Shown: positions 1 to 10,222, numbered from the stretch's first letter. The stretch: 64,000 nt of DNA from Candidatus Poribacteria bacterium (GCA_012267415.1 JAAXGN010000036.1:122058-186057); one strand, 5' to 3'. Notes: generated by a model not told the origin, from the letters alone. Made by a program: numbers and translations.

Positions 1-663
1 ATAATCGAGACAAAAGAAGTTGTGGACGATCCGAAATTAGATCAGGCATTACAAAAGCCTGAAACGGTATACTCACTTGATTCCGATGAATCTGATCCTG
101 ATAAGGTAAAAGAAGCAGAACAGTGTATAAGACAGGCAAAAGAATTGCTTGAGGGTGTGAGAATAAGGAACCAAAAAGAAATACGTCAGATGGAATTGAA
201 TCAGCAACTTACATTTTTTGATATGTATTGTCGTCAACATGCACGTCCATCGGAGGAAAGAGCATTTGATAATCTTGTTCAGACCGCACACCGATCTATA
301 GAGCATAACGATCCAGATTTTGAAAACCATTTGAATGAGCTTGGGGCAAGGATTTTTGAAATTCTCTGGAGACAACCTTGGTTTGTAATTGAAAGGTTCA
401 AACGTCTGATCAGTAAACCTGAAGTTTATATAGACCGTGTTCGTTTTGAAGAACTTGCATCGAAAGGAAAGCAGCTTTTAGGCAGTGATCTTATTCTTAG
501 GTACGAAGAACTCTCTCCAGCAGAAAAGTATAAAACTGCGATTATTGACGATGGAACGATTGAAGAATTACGCGATATAGTTAGACAGTTGATGTTATTA
601 CAGAGGGTAAGGACCGATATTGAAACTGATCACGATGTTGTTGTCAATATTTTCAAAGATTGA
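1..663 (+). CDS. C-terminal part of a probable Hsp70 (DnaK-like) family protein, 5' truncated by the window edge
   Basis: Frame is open from base 1. The helical tail (QHARPSEERAFDNL...FEILWRQPWFVIERFK...NIFKD) resembles the C-terminus of atypical Hsp70s that precede NPF-ILG proteins (from memory). The ATPase domain is outside the window. Confidence 0.5.
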   Translation: MIETKEVVDDPKLDQALQKPETVYSLDSDESDPDKVKEAEQCIRQAKELLEGVRIRNQKEIRQMELNQQLTFFDMYCRQHARPSEERAFDNLVQTAHRSIEHNDPDFENHLNELGARIFEILWRQPWFVIERFKRLISKPEVYIDRVRFEELASKGKQLLGSDLILRYEELSPAEKYKTAIIDDGTIEELRDIVRQLMLLQRVRTDIETDHDVVVNIFKD

Positions 664-683
664 TATAGAGAAGAACTAAAAAA

Positions 684-1925
684 ATGGACCTATTTGAAAA
701 CCCTTTTCATATTTTGGGTGCTACACCATTAGACGATATACGCAAGATTGGAGAATTGGCAGTAGCAAAAAGCCTTCTATCAGATGACGAAAAGTGTATG
801 AAGGCCAGGGCAACATTAACACATCCGCGTGACCGCGTCGCTGCTGAAGTTGCATGGTTACCGGGCATGAAATCAGATAATGCAGATGAAATGTTGATGT
901 TGTTAGAGACATCAGCAGGCAATGACATTTCTCATATTGAGTTTTTGTCAAATGATCAAAATGATTCGCTTGCTGCTGCACTATCACGTTTGCCTTGCAC
1001 CGACACATATAATGTAGCTGATGAAGTATTGGATATTTTGAAACTACCTCACGAAGACTCTAAACATGAAAACATAACTCAACATAAGAGGCATTCATAT
1101 AAGGCAGATAATCTAATGCAAATTCGTCAGTACCTTGGCATGGATAAGATGAATGCCATTGCTAGATCAAATATACTTGCTGCACGATTGTTGCGTTTAC
1201 CTAACCACACGGCTAACTATGTTGCTAACTGGATTCTTGCAATTGCACAATCATTTAATGCTATTAATCCTGAAGAATTGTGTGCAATAATCAATGCTGC
1301 ACGTAGAGAAGCAGATTTTCCTGAAATAACCGACATTTCAGTTGTTGCAACAGAAATTCAGAATCGCAGACATTATTATCAACAGGTTATTAAATCAGTT
1401 CTGACCAGAATGCAATCAGCGACAGAACGCCGGGATGCAATTATGCAGTTAGTAGATTATTCTTCAATTACGCATAGAGAGAAACGCAAACCTATTTTGA
1501 TAGATGACACTATTGATGCTTATACGGTTAAGACTACCCCAATTCTTGAAAATGAAGAAAAAACTATAGAAAAATATGATCAGGAACTTCGTTATGCGGC
1601 AGATACATTAGTTTCTGATGCTACTTTAAACTCACTTGTAGATAAACTCATTCAAGCTGTTAAGAACTGGCAGAAGATGGCAAAACCAATCCTGCTCCAG
1701 AAAAAGACATTGGGTTTTAAGGATACTGAGAGTTACCGTGTTGCTATGGATGTTCGGAGATTGGCAGTTTATCTATATGTTGAACATGAGAAACTTGATA
1801 TTTCTCAGCAAATTCTAATTGTACTAAAAGAAGTATTTGCTGATATTCCTACTATTGTTGACACCATTTCACCTGACCTTGAGACATTGAATAAAATTGC
1901 TGGACGACGTAATCAGAAGAACTAA
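684..1925 (+). CDS. Helical protein with degenerate J-domain-like N-terminus
   Basis: 413 aa. ENPFHILGAT and ARATLTHPRDR resemble J-domain helix I and the helix III/IV turn; no HPD motif. Paralogue of the next gene. Confidence 0.6.
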   Translation: MDLFENPFHILGATPLDDIRKIGELAVAKSLLSDDEKCMKARATLTHPRDRVAAEVAWLPGMKSDNADEMLMLLETSAGNDISHIEFLSNDQNDSLAAALSRLPCTDTYNVADEVLDILKLPHEDSKHENITQHKRHSYKADNLMQIRQYLGMDKMNAIARSNILAARLLRLPNHTANYVANWILAIAQSFNAINPEELCAIINAARREADFPEITDISVVATEIQNRRHYYQQVIKSVLTRMQSATERRDAIMQLVDYSSITHREKRKPILIDDTIDAYTVKTTPILENEEKTIEKYDQELRYAADTLVSDATLNSLVDKLIQAVKNWQKMAKPILLQKKTLGFKDTESYRVAMDVRRLAVYLYVEHEKLDISQQILIVLKEVFADIPTIVDTISPDLETLNKIAGRRNQKN

Positions 1926-1965
1926 CCTATGTTCTGTAATTAACCCGATATCTTTTGGAGAAGAT

Positions 1966-3780
1966 TTGGACTTATTAGAAAACCCTTTTCACATTCTGGG
2001 TGCCACCCAACATGATGATCAACAAAGAATAATGGAACTGGCGGAAGAAAAAAGCTTGTTGTCCGATCCAGAGGAAATTACGGCTGCGCGTGGCGTACTG
2101 ATTAACCCCCGTAACCGTATTTCAGCTGAAATAGCAGGGTTGCCAGGGGTTAAACCTGAACAAATAGAATCTGTATTGAAACATTTGGATTCTCCGCATC
2201 AGAACCTACTCAACATAATAGGACTGTCCCCTCTTGCAAGTGCAAATTTCTTTACTTCAGCATTCTCTCGTCTATCTGACATTGCATCTACAAACCTTGT
2301 GGAATGGATTTTAGCAATTGCTCACGTCTATGAAAGAATAGACGCAGTAGAAGTTCTGAGAACACTTAACGAAGAACGCAATATATCTGGTTTTCCTCAG
2401 ATTACAGATCTGTCAGTTATAACTGCCGAAATTCAGAACCGAAGACATTACTATAGTCAAACACTTTCCTCCGCAATTAACAATCTATCCGTAACTGAAC
2501 GTGCAAGATTGTTAACCTTAATACTTGAGACAGTAATAGGTAATAATAACAACCAGTGTCCAATATTGATTGATGACTTAATCCGGTCGTACGAAGTTGA
2601 AGTCGGTGATGATTTGGAGAAAAAACAGAAAATAATTGAAGCACAAGACGATAAGCTTCGTGTTATAGTAGACGCGAAAAGTCCAGATGCTACGCTGCAG
2701 CCGATTGTAAATCAACTCATTAGAACCCTAAAAGATTGGGATGCCATTGCACAACCGATTCAACTAAGCAAAATGAATAGAGGAGAACGACATGATGCCA
2801 GTTTTGAAGTTGCTTGGAAAATACAGAAATTGGCAGTAGATCTGTTTAATGACTACCTAAAATATAATATCGCTCTACAATTTCTCAATATGCTCCTTGA
2901 AGTGTTTGCAGAGGTGCCTGAGATTGTAGAACGAATCACAAAAGATAAAAAGGATTTAATTAAGCATGAGCATGAAGTGAAAGGCATTGAATTATTTGAA
3001 GAAATTAACACACAAGCAGAAAAACTTAAGGAAACTACAGATGCGAAAAGACCTGATACCACTTTAGCACTGATGGTCACTCAACTCATAGAAACTCTCA
3101 AATCATGGGATTCGTCAATGCAACCTTCTGAGGCAAATGAAATGGTCGCATATACTGTGAGAAGTGTGGCACTTCACCTTTGGAATGAACATCAAAAGCT
3201 TGATTTCGCCATAATGATTACAAATAACCTAATTGATGTATTTTCGTCTGTTCCAGAGATTGCTAAGTATCTTGCTGAAGATAAAGAAGTATTAGATGAA
3301 CATGTTATTACTGCAAAAGGAATTAAGAAGTTTGAAGAGATTAACATGTTAGTTAAAGAAATAAAGGAAGCAACAGATACGAACAAAAACGACTATACTT
3401 TAACTCCAATGGTTAATCAACTTATACAAACTGTGAAGACATGGAAAACATCGGGACAGCCTATAGATGCAAACCACACTGTAGCATTGACTGTTAGGGG
3501 CATTGCCATTTATCTTTGGAATGAACATCAGAAACTTACTCTTTCTTTAAGTATTATAGAAATGCTGTGTGATGTATTTCAAGGAGTGCCTGAGATATTA
3601 AAGAAACTCCTTGAGGACAAAGCGGCATTGGAAGAACAAAAAAGGATGAAAGAATTGGAAGAACAGATGAAAAAATTGAAAGAACAGAAGAGACCAGATA
3701 CCTCTATACCAGGATGGTTATGGAAATACATTATTATTGGAATTCTATTAATCATTGGGGCGATGTCCCAAAACTGTTAG
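1966..3780 (+). CDS. Paralogous degenerate J-like protein with three ~105 aa helical repeats and a C-terminal TM anchor
   Basis: TTG start at 1966 after GGAG gives MDLLENPFHILGAT, matching the upstream paralogue. Repeats share L..MV.QLI.T.K.W...QP...VA..VR..A..LWNEHQKL. C-terminal WKYIIIGILLIIG is hydrophobic. Confidence 0.7.
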   Translation: MDLLENPFHILGATQHDDQQRIMELAEEKSLLSDPEEITAARGVLINPRNRISAEIAGLPGVKPEQIESVLKHLDSPHQNLLNIIGLSPLASANFFTSAFSRLSDIASTNLVEWILAIAHVYERIDAVEVLRTLNEERNISGFPQITDLSVITAEIQNRRHYYSQTLSSAINNLSVTERARLLTLILETVIGNNNNQCPILIDDLIRSYEVEVGDDLEKKQKIIEAQDDKLRVIVDAKSPDATLQPIVNQLIRTLKDWDAIAQPIQLSKMNRGERHDASFEVAWKIQKLAVDLFNDYLKYNIALQFLNMLLEVFAEVPEIVERITKDKKDLIKHEHEVKGIELFEEINTQAEKLKETTDAKRPDTTLALMVTQLIETLKSWDSSMQPSEANEMVAYTVRSVALHLWNEHQKLDFAIMITNNLIDVFSSVPEIAKYLAEDKEVLDEHVITAKGIKKFEEINMLVKEIKEATDTNKNDYTLTPMVNQLIQTVKTWKTSGQPIDANHTVALTVRGIAIYLWNEHQKLTLSLSIIEMLCDVFQGVPEILKKLLEDKAALEEQKRMKELEEQMKKLKEQKRPDTSIPGWLWKYIIIGILLIIGAMSQNC

Positions 3781-3914
3781 TCATAAGGCATGTCAACTGA
3801 GATTTCAACCCATTCTTAACATTCTGATCCCAGATTATAAACATACAATATTTTATGACACAAACTAAAAGTTTGTGCTACATTTATGGCAACTTAGGAG
3901 GTATGATTATTCTT

Positions 3915-4526
3915 ATGAAACAAGTGTATACAACACAACCGACAAGTGGAAAAGGCTCTTGGTGGGTCTGGATCATTTTGATATTCATTGGCATAGTAGT
4001 GTTTGCCCTGCTGCAAGAGGATTTTTCAGAAGATGAAGTAAAATACCACGTTCCCCAAAGAGAAATTTCAGAGGATGAAGCAATACACACCGATCCACAA
4101 GAAGAAATACCTTCCTTCAATGAATTACCGATGCCCTTACCTATGAATGGTGACGAAGAGACTTTCCACAATCAAGCGGAAGTTGCCCCATTGCAAATTA
4201 AGACACCGGTCAACAGTGTAGAACATCATCATTTTATTAAAATCGTGCCTGCTTTTGCAGAAAACACTGTAAAAACTATCTTTATACGATCAGGAAATAC
4301 GATAAATACAAAAATGCCCCTCGGATCCTACAAAATAAAATATGCAACTGGTAAAACATGGTATGGAACGGAGCATTTATTTGGTCCTGAAACTATATAT
4401 TCAAAAGCAAATAAAACCTTTACTTTTTCAGAGGAAGTAAATGGTTATTCAGGATATACTATTGAATTAATCCTACAACAATTTGGTAACTTAAGAACTC
4501 AAAGAATTCCAAAAGATGATTGGTAA
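3915..4526 (+). CDS. Single-pass membrane protein with extracytoplasmic beta domain
   Basis: N-terminal TM (WWVWIILIFIGIVVFALL). The domain (IFIRSG...PLGSYKIKYATGKTWYG...LFG...GNL) resembles one often fused to DnaJ-domain membrane proteins (from memory). Confidence 0.6.
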   Translation: MKQVYTTQPTSGKGSWWVWIILIFIGIVVFALLQEDFSEDEVKYHVPQREISEDEAIHTDPQEEIPSFNELPMPLPMNGDEETFHNQAEVAPLQIKTPVNSVEHHHFIKIVPAFAENTVKTIFIRSGNTINTKMPLGSYKIKYATGKTWYGTEHLFGPETIYSKANKTFTFSEEVNGYSGYTIELILQQFGNLRTQRIPKDDW

Positions 4527-4698
4527 ACTATTTTCTTCATATCAGGAAAACCACTCCTTTCGGCAAACATATTAAACAACCTAAGTTACTACCTATAATA
4601 CCTTTGCCACAGATGGACATTTTCTTGGATTGTGCATGTATTTGAAGTGTAGAAAACGGAGTCTATTTTAGGAAAATGATTTTTTGTGAGTGTGTCTT

Positions 4699-4855
4699 TA
4701 GTCCCGTAGGGATGATATGTTAATGTTATTACCATATTTTACACATAGCGTCCCTACGGGACTAAAGAAGGGTTGGATACGTTTTCTATAAACATTTCGT
4801 CCCTACGGGACTGAAGATATAGTATTCAACGTTTTTCTATAAACATTTCGTCCAT
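4699..4855. repeat. REP-like array, family A (AGTCCCGTAGGGAC hairpin + TATAG tail)
   Basis: One forward and three reverse copies, the last truncated. Same family at 48840-49008 and 57468-57589. Confidence 0.8.
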
Positions 4856-4994
4856 AATGAAAATTTTGTTATTGATGTGGTAATACGCGGGCGGGGAAAC
4901 CCCGCCCCTACGAAACCTTGTTCAAAAAAAGTGCTATACCCCTTGTCTGTAACTGATTTTTCACTTTTAAGAAGGGGATTGTCAAGCTAAAGAT

Positions 4995-5429
4995 GGGTGT
5001 GTAAAGTTTTGTAGAAACACATAAAGAAAGAAGTAAGGTTTTTGTAAAAATATCAAGCCCCAGAGGGGCGAAAGGTGTATAGAAAACGTTGATATTACCA
5101 GAGTAAGCCCCAGAGGGGCGACAGGTATATCATGCTATGAGATTAAACACACACGTTCTATACACCTTTCGCCCCTCTGGGGCTTGGTCTTTTGTTATTG
5201 ATCCGTTCTATACACCTTTCGCACCGCTGGTGCTTCTCTCTGGGAAATGCGGACATTTTTCTCATAAGTGTATAGTTTTTCTTATGTTTGAACAAGGTTG
5301 GCATTATTTCGTCAAGTCTTATGATGAATCCTACCCTAAGCGTTTGATTCACACCAATCACTCTTATCTTGATAATCATATAATCCTGAAAATCCTGGTT
5401 CAGACAAGTAACTAAAACTTTACTCACCC
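4995..5429. mobile_element. MITE with GGGTGTGTAAAG termini carrying family-B hairpins
   Basis: GGGTGTGTAAAGTTTT ... AAAACTTTACTCACCC inverted ends. Internal GCCCCAGAGGGGCGAAAGGTGTATAG copies in both orientations. Related to 46185, 50258 and 52178. Confidence 0.75.
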
Positions 5430-5519
5430 ACTGTGCCATTGGACAATTACGTGTTCCTTTTGACATATCAGTACGGTATAAGGTATAATATGAGATATGC
5501 ATCCAACGGAGTTTCAATT

Positions 5520-6413
5520 ATGAACAAAGAATGCCTATCTCACCTATTAACAGAAGCAGAACGAAAACATTTTGAAGAACAGGGATATCTTTACGTGCCG
5601 AATGCGTTGACATCAGAGACGGTGGAGCACCTGATACATGCTGTTGATAAACTTCATAACGAGGCACTTTCTACTGGTAGAGCAACAGAAGGTAATCACT
5701 GGGGTTTTTCTAATTTCTTACACCAAAATGACGTATTCTTGAACCTTGTTGATCATCCGACTACACTGCCGAAAGTCTGGGGTATTCTGGGATGGAATAT
5801 CTTCCTATACCATGCACACATGCACGTCAAGCCACCTGCTCCGTCTGATGCAGAGAGGGGTGATGGATGGTTGGAATGGCATCAGGATAGTGGACGCGTG
5901 AATATTGAGATGGAGACGCATCCACGTCCCCGTCTATCGTTGAAGGTTGCGTATTTCCTGACAGATGTTTCAGAACCGGGTCGTGGAAATTTTTACATTC
6001 GTCCTGGTAGCCACCTATCGGATGTACCACTACCTGAATCGGAAATCAGTCGTGACCCGCGTGAAAAGATTGCTGATGATGTTCCTGATGATGCAATGCC
6101 GGTCTGTGTGGAACCTGGTACTGCAGTTCTGTTTGATAGACGACTTTGGCACTCGCGCAGTCCGAACACTTCACAGATTACGCGTAAAGCACTCTTTTAT
6201 GGATATGGATATAGATGGATTCGTCCTAAAGATGATATGACGGTCGAACATCTCTATGAACGTTGCGATCCGATTCGTCAACAGTTACTTGGGGCAGCCG
6301 TGAAGAATAACGGTCGGTATGTTCCAACTGATGAGGATGTGCCGCTGCGGGGATGGTTGATTGAACAGTTTGGTGAAAACGCAGTGTATTCACAAGGTCC
6401 ACTCGGTGCCTGA
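5520..6413 (+). CDS. Phytanoyl-CoA dioxygenase (PhyH) family Fe(II)/2OG oxygenase
   Basis: FEEQGYL, WHQD (HxD), PGSH, FDRRLWH...N...RK motifs. ATG at 5520 preferred over the longer ORF start. Confidence 0.9.
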   Translation: MNKECLSHLLTEAERKHFEEQGYLYVPNALTSETVEHLIHAVDKLHNEALSTGRATEGNHWGFSNFLHQNDVFLNLVDHPTTLPKVWGILGWNIFLYHAHMHVKPPAPSDAERGDGWLEWHQDSGRVNIEMETHPRPRLSLKVAYFLTDVSEPGRGNFYIRPGSHLSDVPLPESEISRDPREKIADDVPDDAMPVCVEPGTAVLFDRRLWHSRSPNTSQITRKALFYGYGYRWIRPKDDMTVEHLYERCDPIRQQLLGAAVKNNGRYVPTDEDVPLRGWLIEQFGENAVYSQGPLGA

Positions 6414-6420
6414 TTACGGT

Positions 6421-7464
6421 TTATGGGATAAGACATACCTTTCCAAAGTTTTTACGCGATTCCAACAATTCGTGTGCCTCGGATGCCTGTGCTAAAGGTA
6501 GTGTTCTATCTATAATGGGAACTAACTTCCCTTGTTCAGCCAGACGCACTAACGTCCTGAGTTCTGCAGTTGTGCCTAATGCCGATCCCATAAGTGTGAG
6601 CTGCTTTTGATACATCTTCCGGATGTTGATTTCACCAATATTTCCCGTTGTTACGCCGCAAGAGACAAGCCTGCCGTTTTTCGCAAGACTTCTGATACTC
6701 TTTTCCCAAGTGGCAGCACCAACATGCTCTAAGACAACATCAACACCACGTCCGTTTGTTTCCTCAAGTATCGCATCTGAAAAGTCTACATCGGCATAGT
6801 TTATCGTAATATCAGCACCGTGCTCTTTTGCTCGTGCAAGTTTTTCGTTGGTGCTTGCTGTTGCGAAGATTCGCGCGCTGAGAAGCTTGGCAATCTGTAA
6901 TCCTGCGCTGCCGACACTTCCGCCTGCACCGAGAATCAGTATATCTTCACCGGCGCGGAGTTGCGCGCGTGTGATGAGCATGTGCCATGCAGTGAGATAT
7001 GCAATAGGGAGGGTAGATGCTTCTGGATAGGAGAGTGTATCTGCAATGGGAATTGCATTTTTGATGGGTGCTTTTACGAATTCTGCATACCCGCCGTCAG
7101 TCTGGAATCCGAGTAGCTGCTGTGTATCACATAGGTTTTCATAGCCATTTATACAGTCGCTACAGACGCCACACGGAATGCATGGTGCAAGAAGTACGCG
7201 TTGTCCACTAGTGAGATGCGGATGTGTTCCAGATATGTCAGCAATCTCACCAGTAATGTCGGAGCCTAAGATGTGGGGTTTTCCTGTTTCTTCAAGTTTC
7301 TTTTTTATTTCGGGTCGGTTGCGTCGTGCGTGGATGTCAAGGTAGTTTACGGCACAGGATTTGACTTTGACGAGGATTTCATCGGTGCCAAGGGAAGGTG
7401 TAGGGACTTCTTGATACTGTAGTACGTCAATTTCGCCTTGTTCGGTGAACGCAATTGCTTTCAT
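6421..7464 (-). CDS. Zinc-binding alcohol dehydrogenase / quinone oxidoreductase family
   Basis: ILGSD, structural Zn motif CGVCSDC..G.ENLC, GAGGSVG, FGKVCL. Confidence 0.9.
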   Translation of the reverse strand: MKAIAFTEQGEIDVLQYQEVPTPSLGTDEILVKVKSCAVNYLDIHARRNRPEIKKKLEETGKPHILGSDITGEIADISGTHPHLTSGQRVLLAPCIPCGVCSDCINGYENLCDTQQLLGFQTDGGYAEFVKAPIKNAIPIADTLSYPEASTLPIAYLTAWHMLITRAQLRAGEDILILGAGGSVGSAGLQIAKLLSARIFATASTNEKLARAKEHGADITINYADVDFSDAILEETNGRGVDVVLEHVGAATWEKSIRSLAKNGRLVSCGVTTGNIGEINIRKMYQKQLTLMGSALGTTAELRTLVRLAEQGKLVPIIDRTLPLAQASEAHELLESRKNFGKVCLIP

Positions 7465-8147
7465 TTCACTTCACTTTTTGTTTTTCCATCAGAGTAGGTA
7501 CGCCAAATTGAATCTGCAAGTCGACTTCCCGCGCCTACTAACCGTGCTAAAACACCAATCTGTTCTTTATAGAATATACTGTCAGTTTGTTTAGGATAGT
7601 TTATCAAGTGATCTATTTCGCCCCAGACCTCTTCAAAAAGGGTTCTCACCTGAATTTCGCAAGAAATTGGTGAATTCTCTCTCGGTTTAATGACGTAGTG
7701 AATGCTGGTGTATAAACTCTCTTTTACCTCAACGTTCAAATTATGTGAAGTAAAGAAATCTTGAGATTCTGGGTCCCAAGTATACGCTTTTGGATGTTCA
7801 TAAAGAACCCAATCTTGACTATTCAACTTTTGGTTGATCACAGCGTGAATTTTAGTGAATTGTGTTTGACAAAGATGTAGGACGCGAACGCCTGCTATGT
7901 CAGTTATCCGATCAAAAATATTTTCTGGTGTAATTGGATCTTCGGTTGACGATTTACGGTGTATTTTTTCTCTGAGGTGTTCTAAATCCTTCATCCGACT
8001 TTTCACAGAATGAACAACTTGTGGTGATTGGATTAATTGCGGATGTGTCTCAAAGAAGCGAACCGTATTCTCACGGAAAAGGTTTATTTCATGGAGTTCA
8101 CTTTGAATACGATTGATAATAGCTTCCATATTTGCTTCATCAACCAT
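7461..8147 (-). CDS. RelA/SpoT-domain protein (small alarmone synthetase-like)
   Basis: SRMK...EKIHRK, TDIAGVRV, YTSIHY, EIQVRT...WGEIDH synthetase motifs. No hydrolase or regulatory domains. Confidence 0.85.
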   Translation of the reverse strand: MVDEANMEAIINRIQSELHEINLFRENTVRFFETHPQLIQSPQVVHSVKSRMKDLEHLREKIHRKSSTEDPITPENIFDRITDIAGVRVLHLCQTQFTKIHAVINQKLNSQDWVLYEHPKAYTWDPESQDFFTSHNLNVEVKESLYTSIHYVIKPRENSPISCEIQVRTLFEEVWGEIDHLINYPKQTDSIFYKEQIGVLARLVGAGSRLADSIWRTYSDGKTKSEVK

Positions 8148-9253
8148 CAATTTACCTCCAGTTGTTCCAGACGCGTCAAGAGGTCTTTTGCAAGTATATG
8201 GAAACTTATTTGGGTGCTTTTAAAACGTTGACTATTACCTAAAATAGTACCCTTATCTTCTGTTTCTAAGTTTTCACAACTCGGAACTTCCCACATAGGT
8301 GTTCTGTATTTTTGAGCAAAGTTCGGAAGTTTAGAAAAGATGTGCCTCACAGACATTTCGCCGATAGGTGTATCTAACTGCTCTTCGCTTAAATGCTTCC
8401 TATGGTCTTCATCAATGTAATTTCGAATTGTAGCGGGAATCAGTTTAGCGTAGTTATTATATGCCTCGGACAAATCCCATTCGCTCCTTCCACTGAATTT
8501 CTTAACGTTGAAAATCGTGAACCCTAAAAAACTGACAAAATTCGTAGGGAAATAGCTTAACTTTACATCGGAAAGCAACTTAAAAAACGTATCAAAATCA
8601 CGTTTCCAGTCTTTAAGGGATTTACCAATATTCTGTATACCAAAAAGAGAAAACATATCTGGCATACAAGGAATGAGAAATCCATCTACAGTGGAGATGA
8701 TGGCTTTATTAAGCATCCCAAGACTTGGTGATGTATCAATTACAACATAATCGTAGGAATAATTTTCTGCATACACTTCGCAAAAACTTCGGATTTGTGT
8801 TACTGTTCGAATCGCTAATAGGTCTCCCCCATAAACATCGTTCCATCGACTTGCGATTTTGTCTTCATAAGTATGTATAGAAAGTCTACCTGGTATCATT
8901 CCCAAGTTTTCGTGTAGATCAAGGGGTTTGGCAAGCGTTTTTGGTATATCTGTCCCATCCTCAGTAGGTTTTAAGAGGAAATGTATGGAACGTACATCCT
9001 GAGCAATATTCTCAAACTCAATTGGGTTTTTTTCATCGCGTGCTTGAACAAAGTCATCAATAAATGTATCCTCAACCTGCCAGATGTTGTGTAATTGTTC
9101 TGGATCTAAACCAAATAGTGTTAGATTTGATTGTGGGTCTAAATCGATAAGAAGCGTCTTATAGCCTAACTCAGCCAGCGCATATCCAAGATGATAGGTT
9201 AAGGTCGTTTTACCGACACCTCCTTTATTGTTAAATACAGCAATTGATTTCAT
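8147..9253 (-). CDS. ParA/Soj-family ATPase
   Basis: Deviant Walker A NNKGGVGKTT, LIDLDPQSNLT, IDTSPSLG. Stop overlaps the ATG of the RelA-domain gene (TGATG). Confidence 0.9.
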   Translation of the reverse strand: MKSIAVFNNKGGVGKTTLTYHLGYALAELGYKTLLIDLDPQSNLTLFGLDPEQLHNIWQVEDTFIDDFVQARDEKNPIEFENIAQDVRSIHFLLKPTEDGTDIPKTLAKPLDLHENLGMIPGRLSIHTYEDKIASRWNDVYGGDLLAIRTVTQIRSFCEVYAENYSYDYVVIDTSPSLGMLNKAIISTVDGFLIPCMPDMFSLFGIQNIGKSLKDWKRDFDTFFKLLSDVKLSYFPTNFVSFLGFTIFNVKKFSGRSEWDLSEAYNNYAKLIPATIRNYIDEDHRKHLSEEQLDTPIGEMSVRHIFSKLPNFAQKYRTPMWEVPSCENLETEDKGTILGNSQRFKSTQISFHILAKDLLTRLEQLEVN

Positions 9254-9412
9254 ATCTGTTTTCCCCTTTCCAATGTGTTAGGTATTTCCCAGGAACGTCA
9301 TGATACAATGAAGCAAGCAGAACCAGAATGTATACTCCAATAATACTATAACATTATTCTTATGATAAAGACAATTTTTTTCTATGAAAAGCGGGATACA
9401 AAGCAAGCGTAT

Positions 9413-10222
9413 TTAACCGTATGCACCATGACTCAGAAAACCTAACAACCTACGGAGTCGTGGACTGGCATCACGGTAGACAGATTCTGGCATGTTGTAA
9501 TTCATGAACGGATAGAATTTATGTCCTACGAGTCGTCGGGCATAAGTTATCTGCGTAATGTATCGTGTGCGTTGGCTCTGATTCGGACCACCGCGATGCC
9601 ATACCTGATTGTTAAACATGATGACACTCCCTGCTTTGCCGAGATTGTATTGGACCTTGTCTTCCCACTCTGTTCCTTCAATTGGGTTTGGTGGGGATGC
9701 ACCGTATAAGTGTGATCCAGGTATCACTTCAGTACCGCCGTGCTCAATCTCGGTGACGTCCGTTAGGTAGTAGTTTGCAGTAAATAGAATTACAGGAAGT
9801 TTTACGTTTTTTGGTGGTTTTCCATCGGTAACGATATAGTGTGGTGAGTCGTCTTGGTGCCACGATGTGATGCCACCACCAGGTCGGGTTTGAAATGAGT
9901 TGTTGTGTATGATGTGGCATTCACCCGGAATGAGTGCTTCGGCAAAGGAGACGATGGGTTCTATGTCAAACAACCGCAGGTTGGCGTTGCTGTGTTCAAA
10001 CATGCGATGACTCAGATGCATCGTTGATTCGTAGTTGCCACTGTTTAATCCGTTCGGATTGTTTTCAAGTGCCCATTCCAGATCGTTCCGTAGTTCTGTG
10101 CAGTGAGCAGGGGTCAACACATTTTCAAGGAATAGACATCCATCTCTGTGGAAGGTTTCTACCCAGTCTTGGATCTGTTCTGGCGCGATGGTCTGTTCTG
10201 ATAAATACGTTATTTCTTCCAT
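9413..10222 (-). CDS. PhyH family dioxygenase
   Basis: FHRDGC, WHQDD, IPGSH, VWHRGGPN...R motifs. Confidence 0.9.
   Translation of the reverse strand: MEEITYLSEQTIAPEQIQDWVETFHRDGCLFLENVLTPAHCTELRNDLEWALENNPNGLNSGNYESTMHLSHRMFEHSNANLRLFDIEPIVSFAEALIPGECHIIHNNSFQTRPGGGITSWHQDDSPHYIVTDGKPPKNVKLPVILFTANYYLTDVTEIEHGGTEVIPGSHLYGASPPNPIEGTEWEDKVQYNLGKAGSVIMFNNQVWHRGGPNQSQRTRYITQITYARRLVGHKFYPFMNYNMPESVYRDASPRLRRLLGFLSHGAYG

Noticed and set aside
1897-1965. Longer ORF-track N-termini (also 5433, 26233, 43523, 52048, 53426)
   Set aside because: Downstream starts have better RBS or family-consistent N-termini; several extensions cross repeats or upstream genes.
5137-5517. Short ORFs over repeats (also 32273, 46118, 46237, 48857, 50340, 60019)
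   Set aside because: They are translations of MITE/REP sequence, with near-identical peptides at several loci and no RBS or domain.
8147-9253. Plasmid/chromosome partition locus
   Set aside because: No parB, parS-like palindrome or rep gene nearby; the partner gene is a RelA/SpoT-domain gene.
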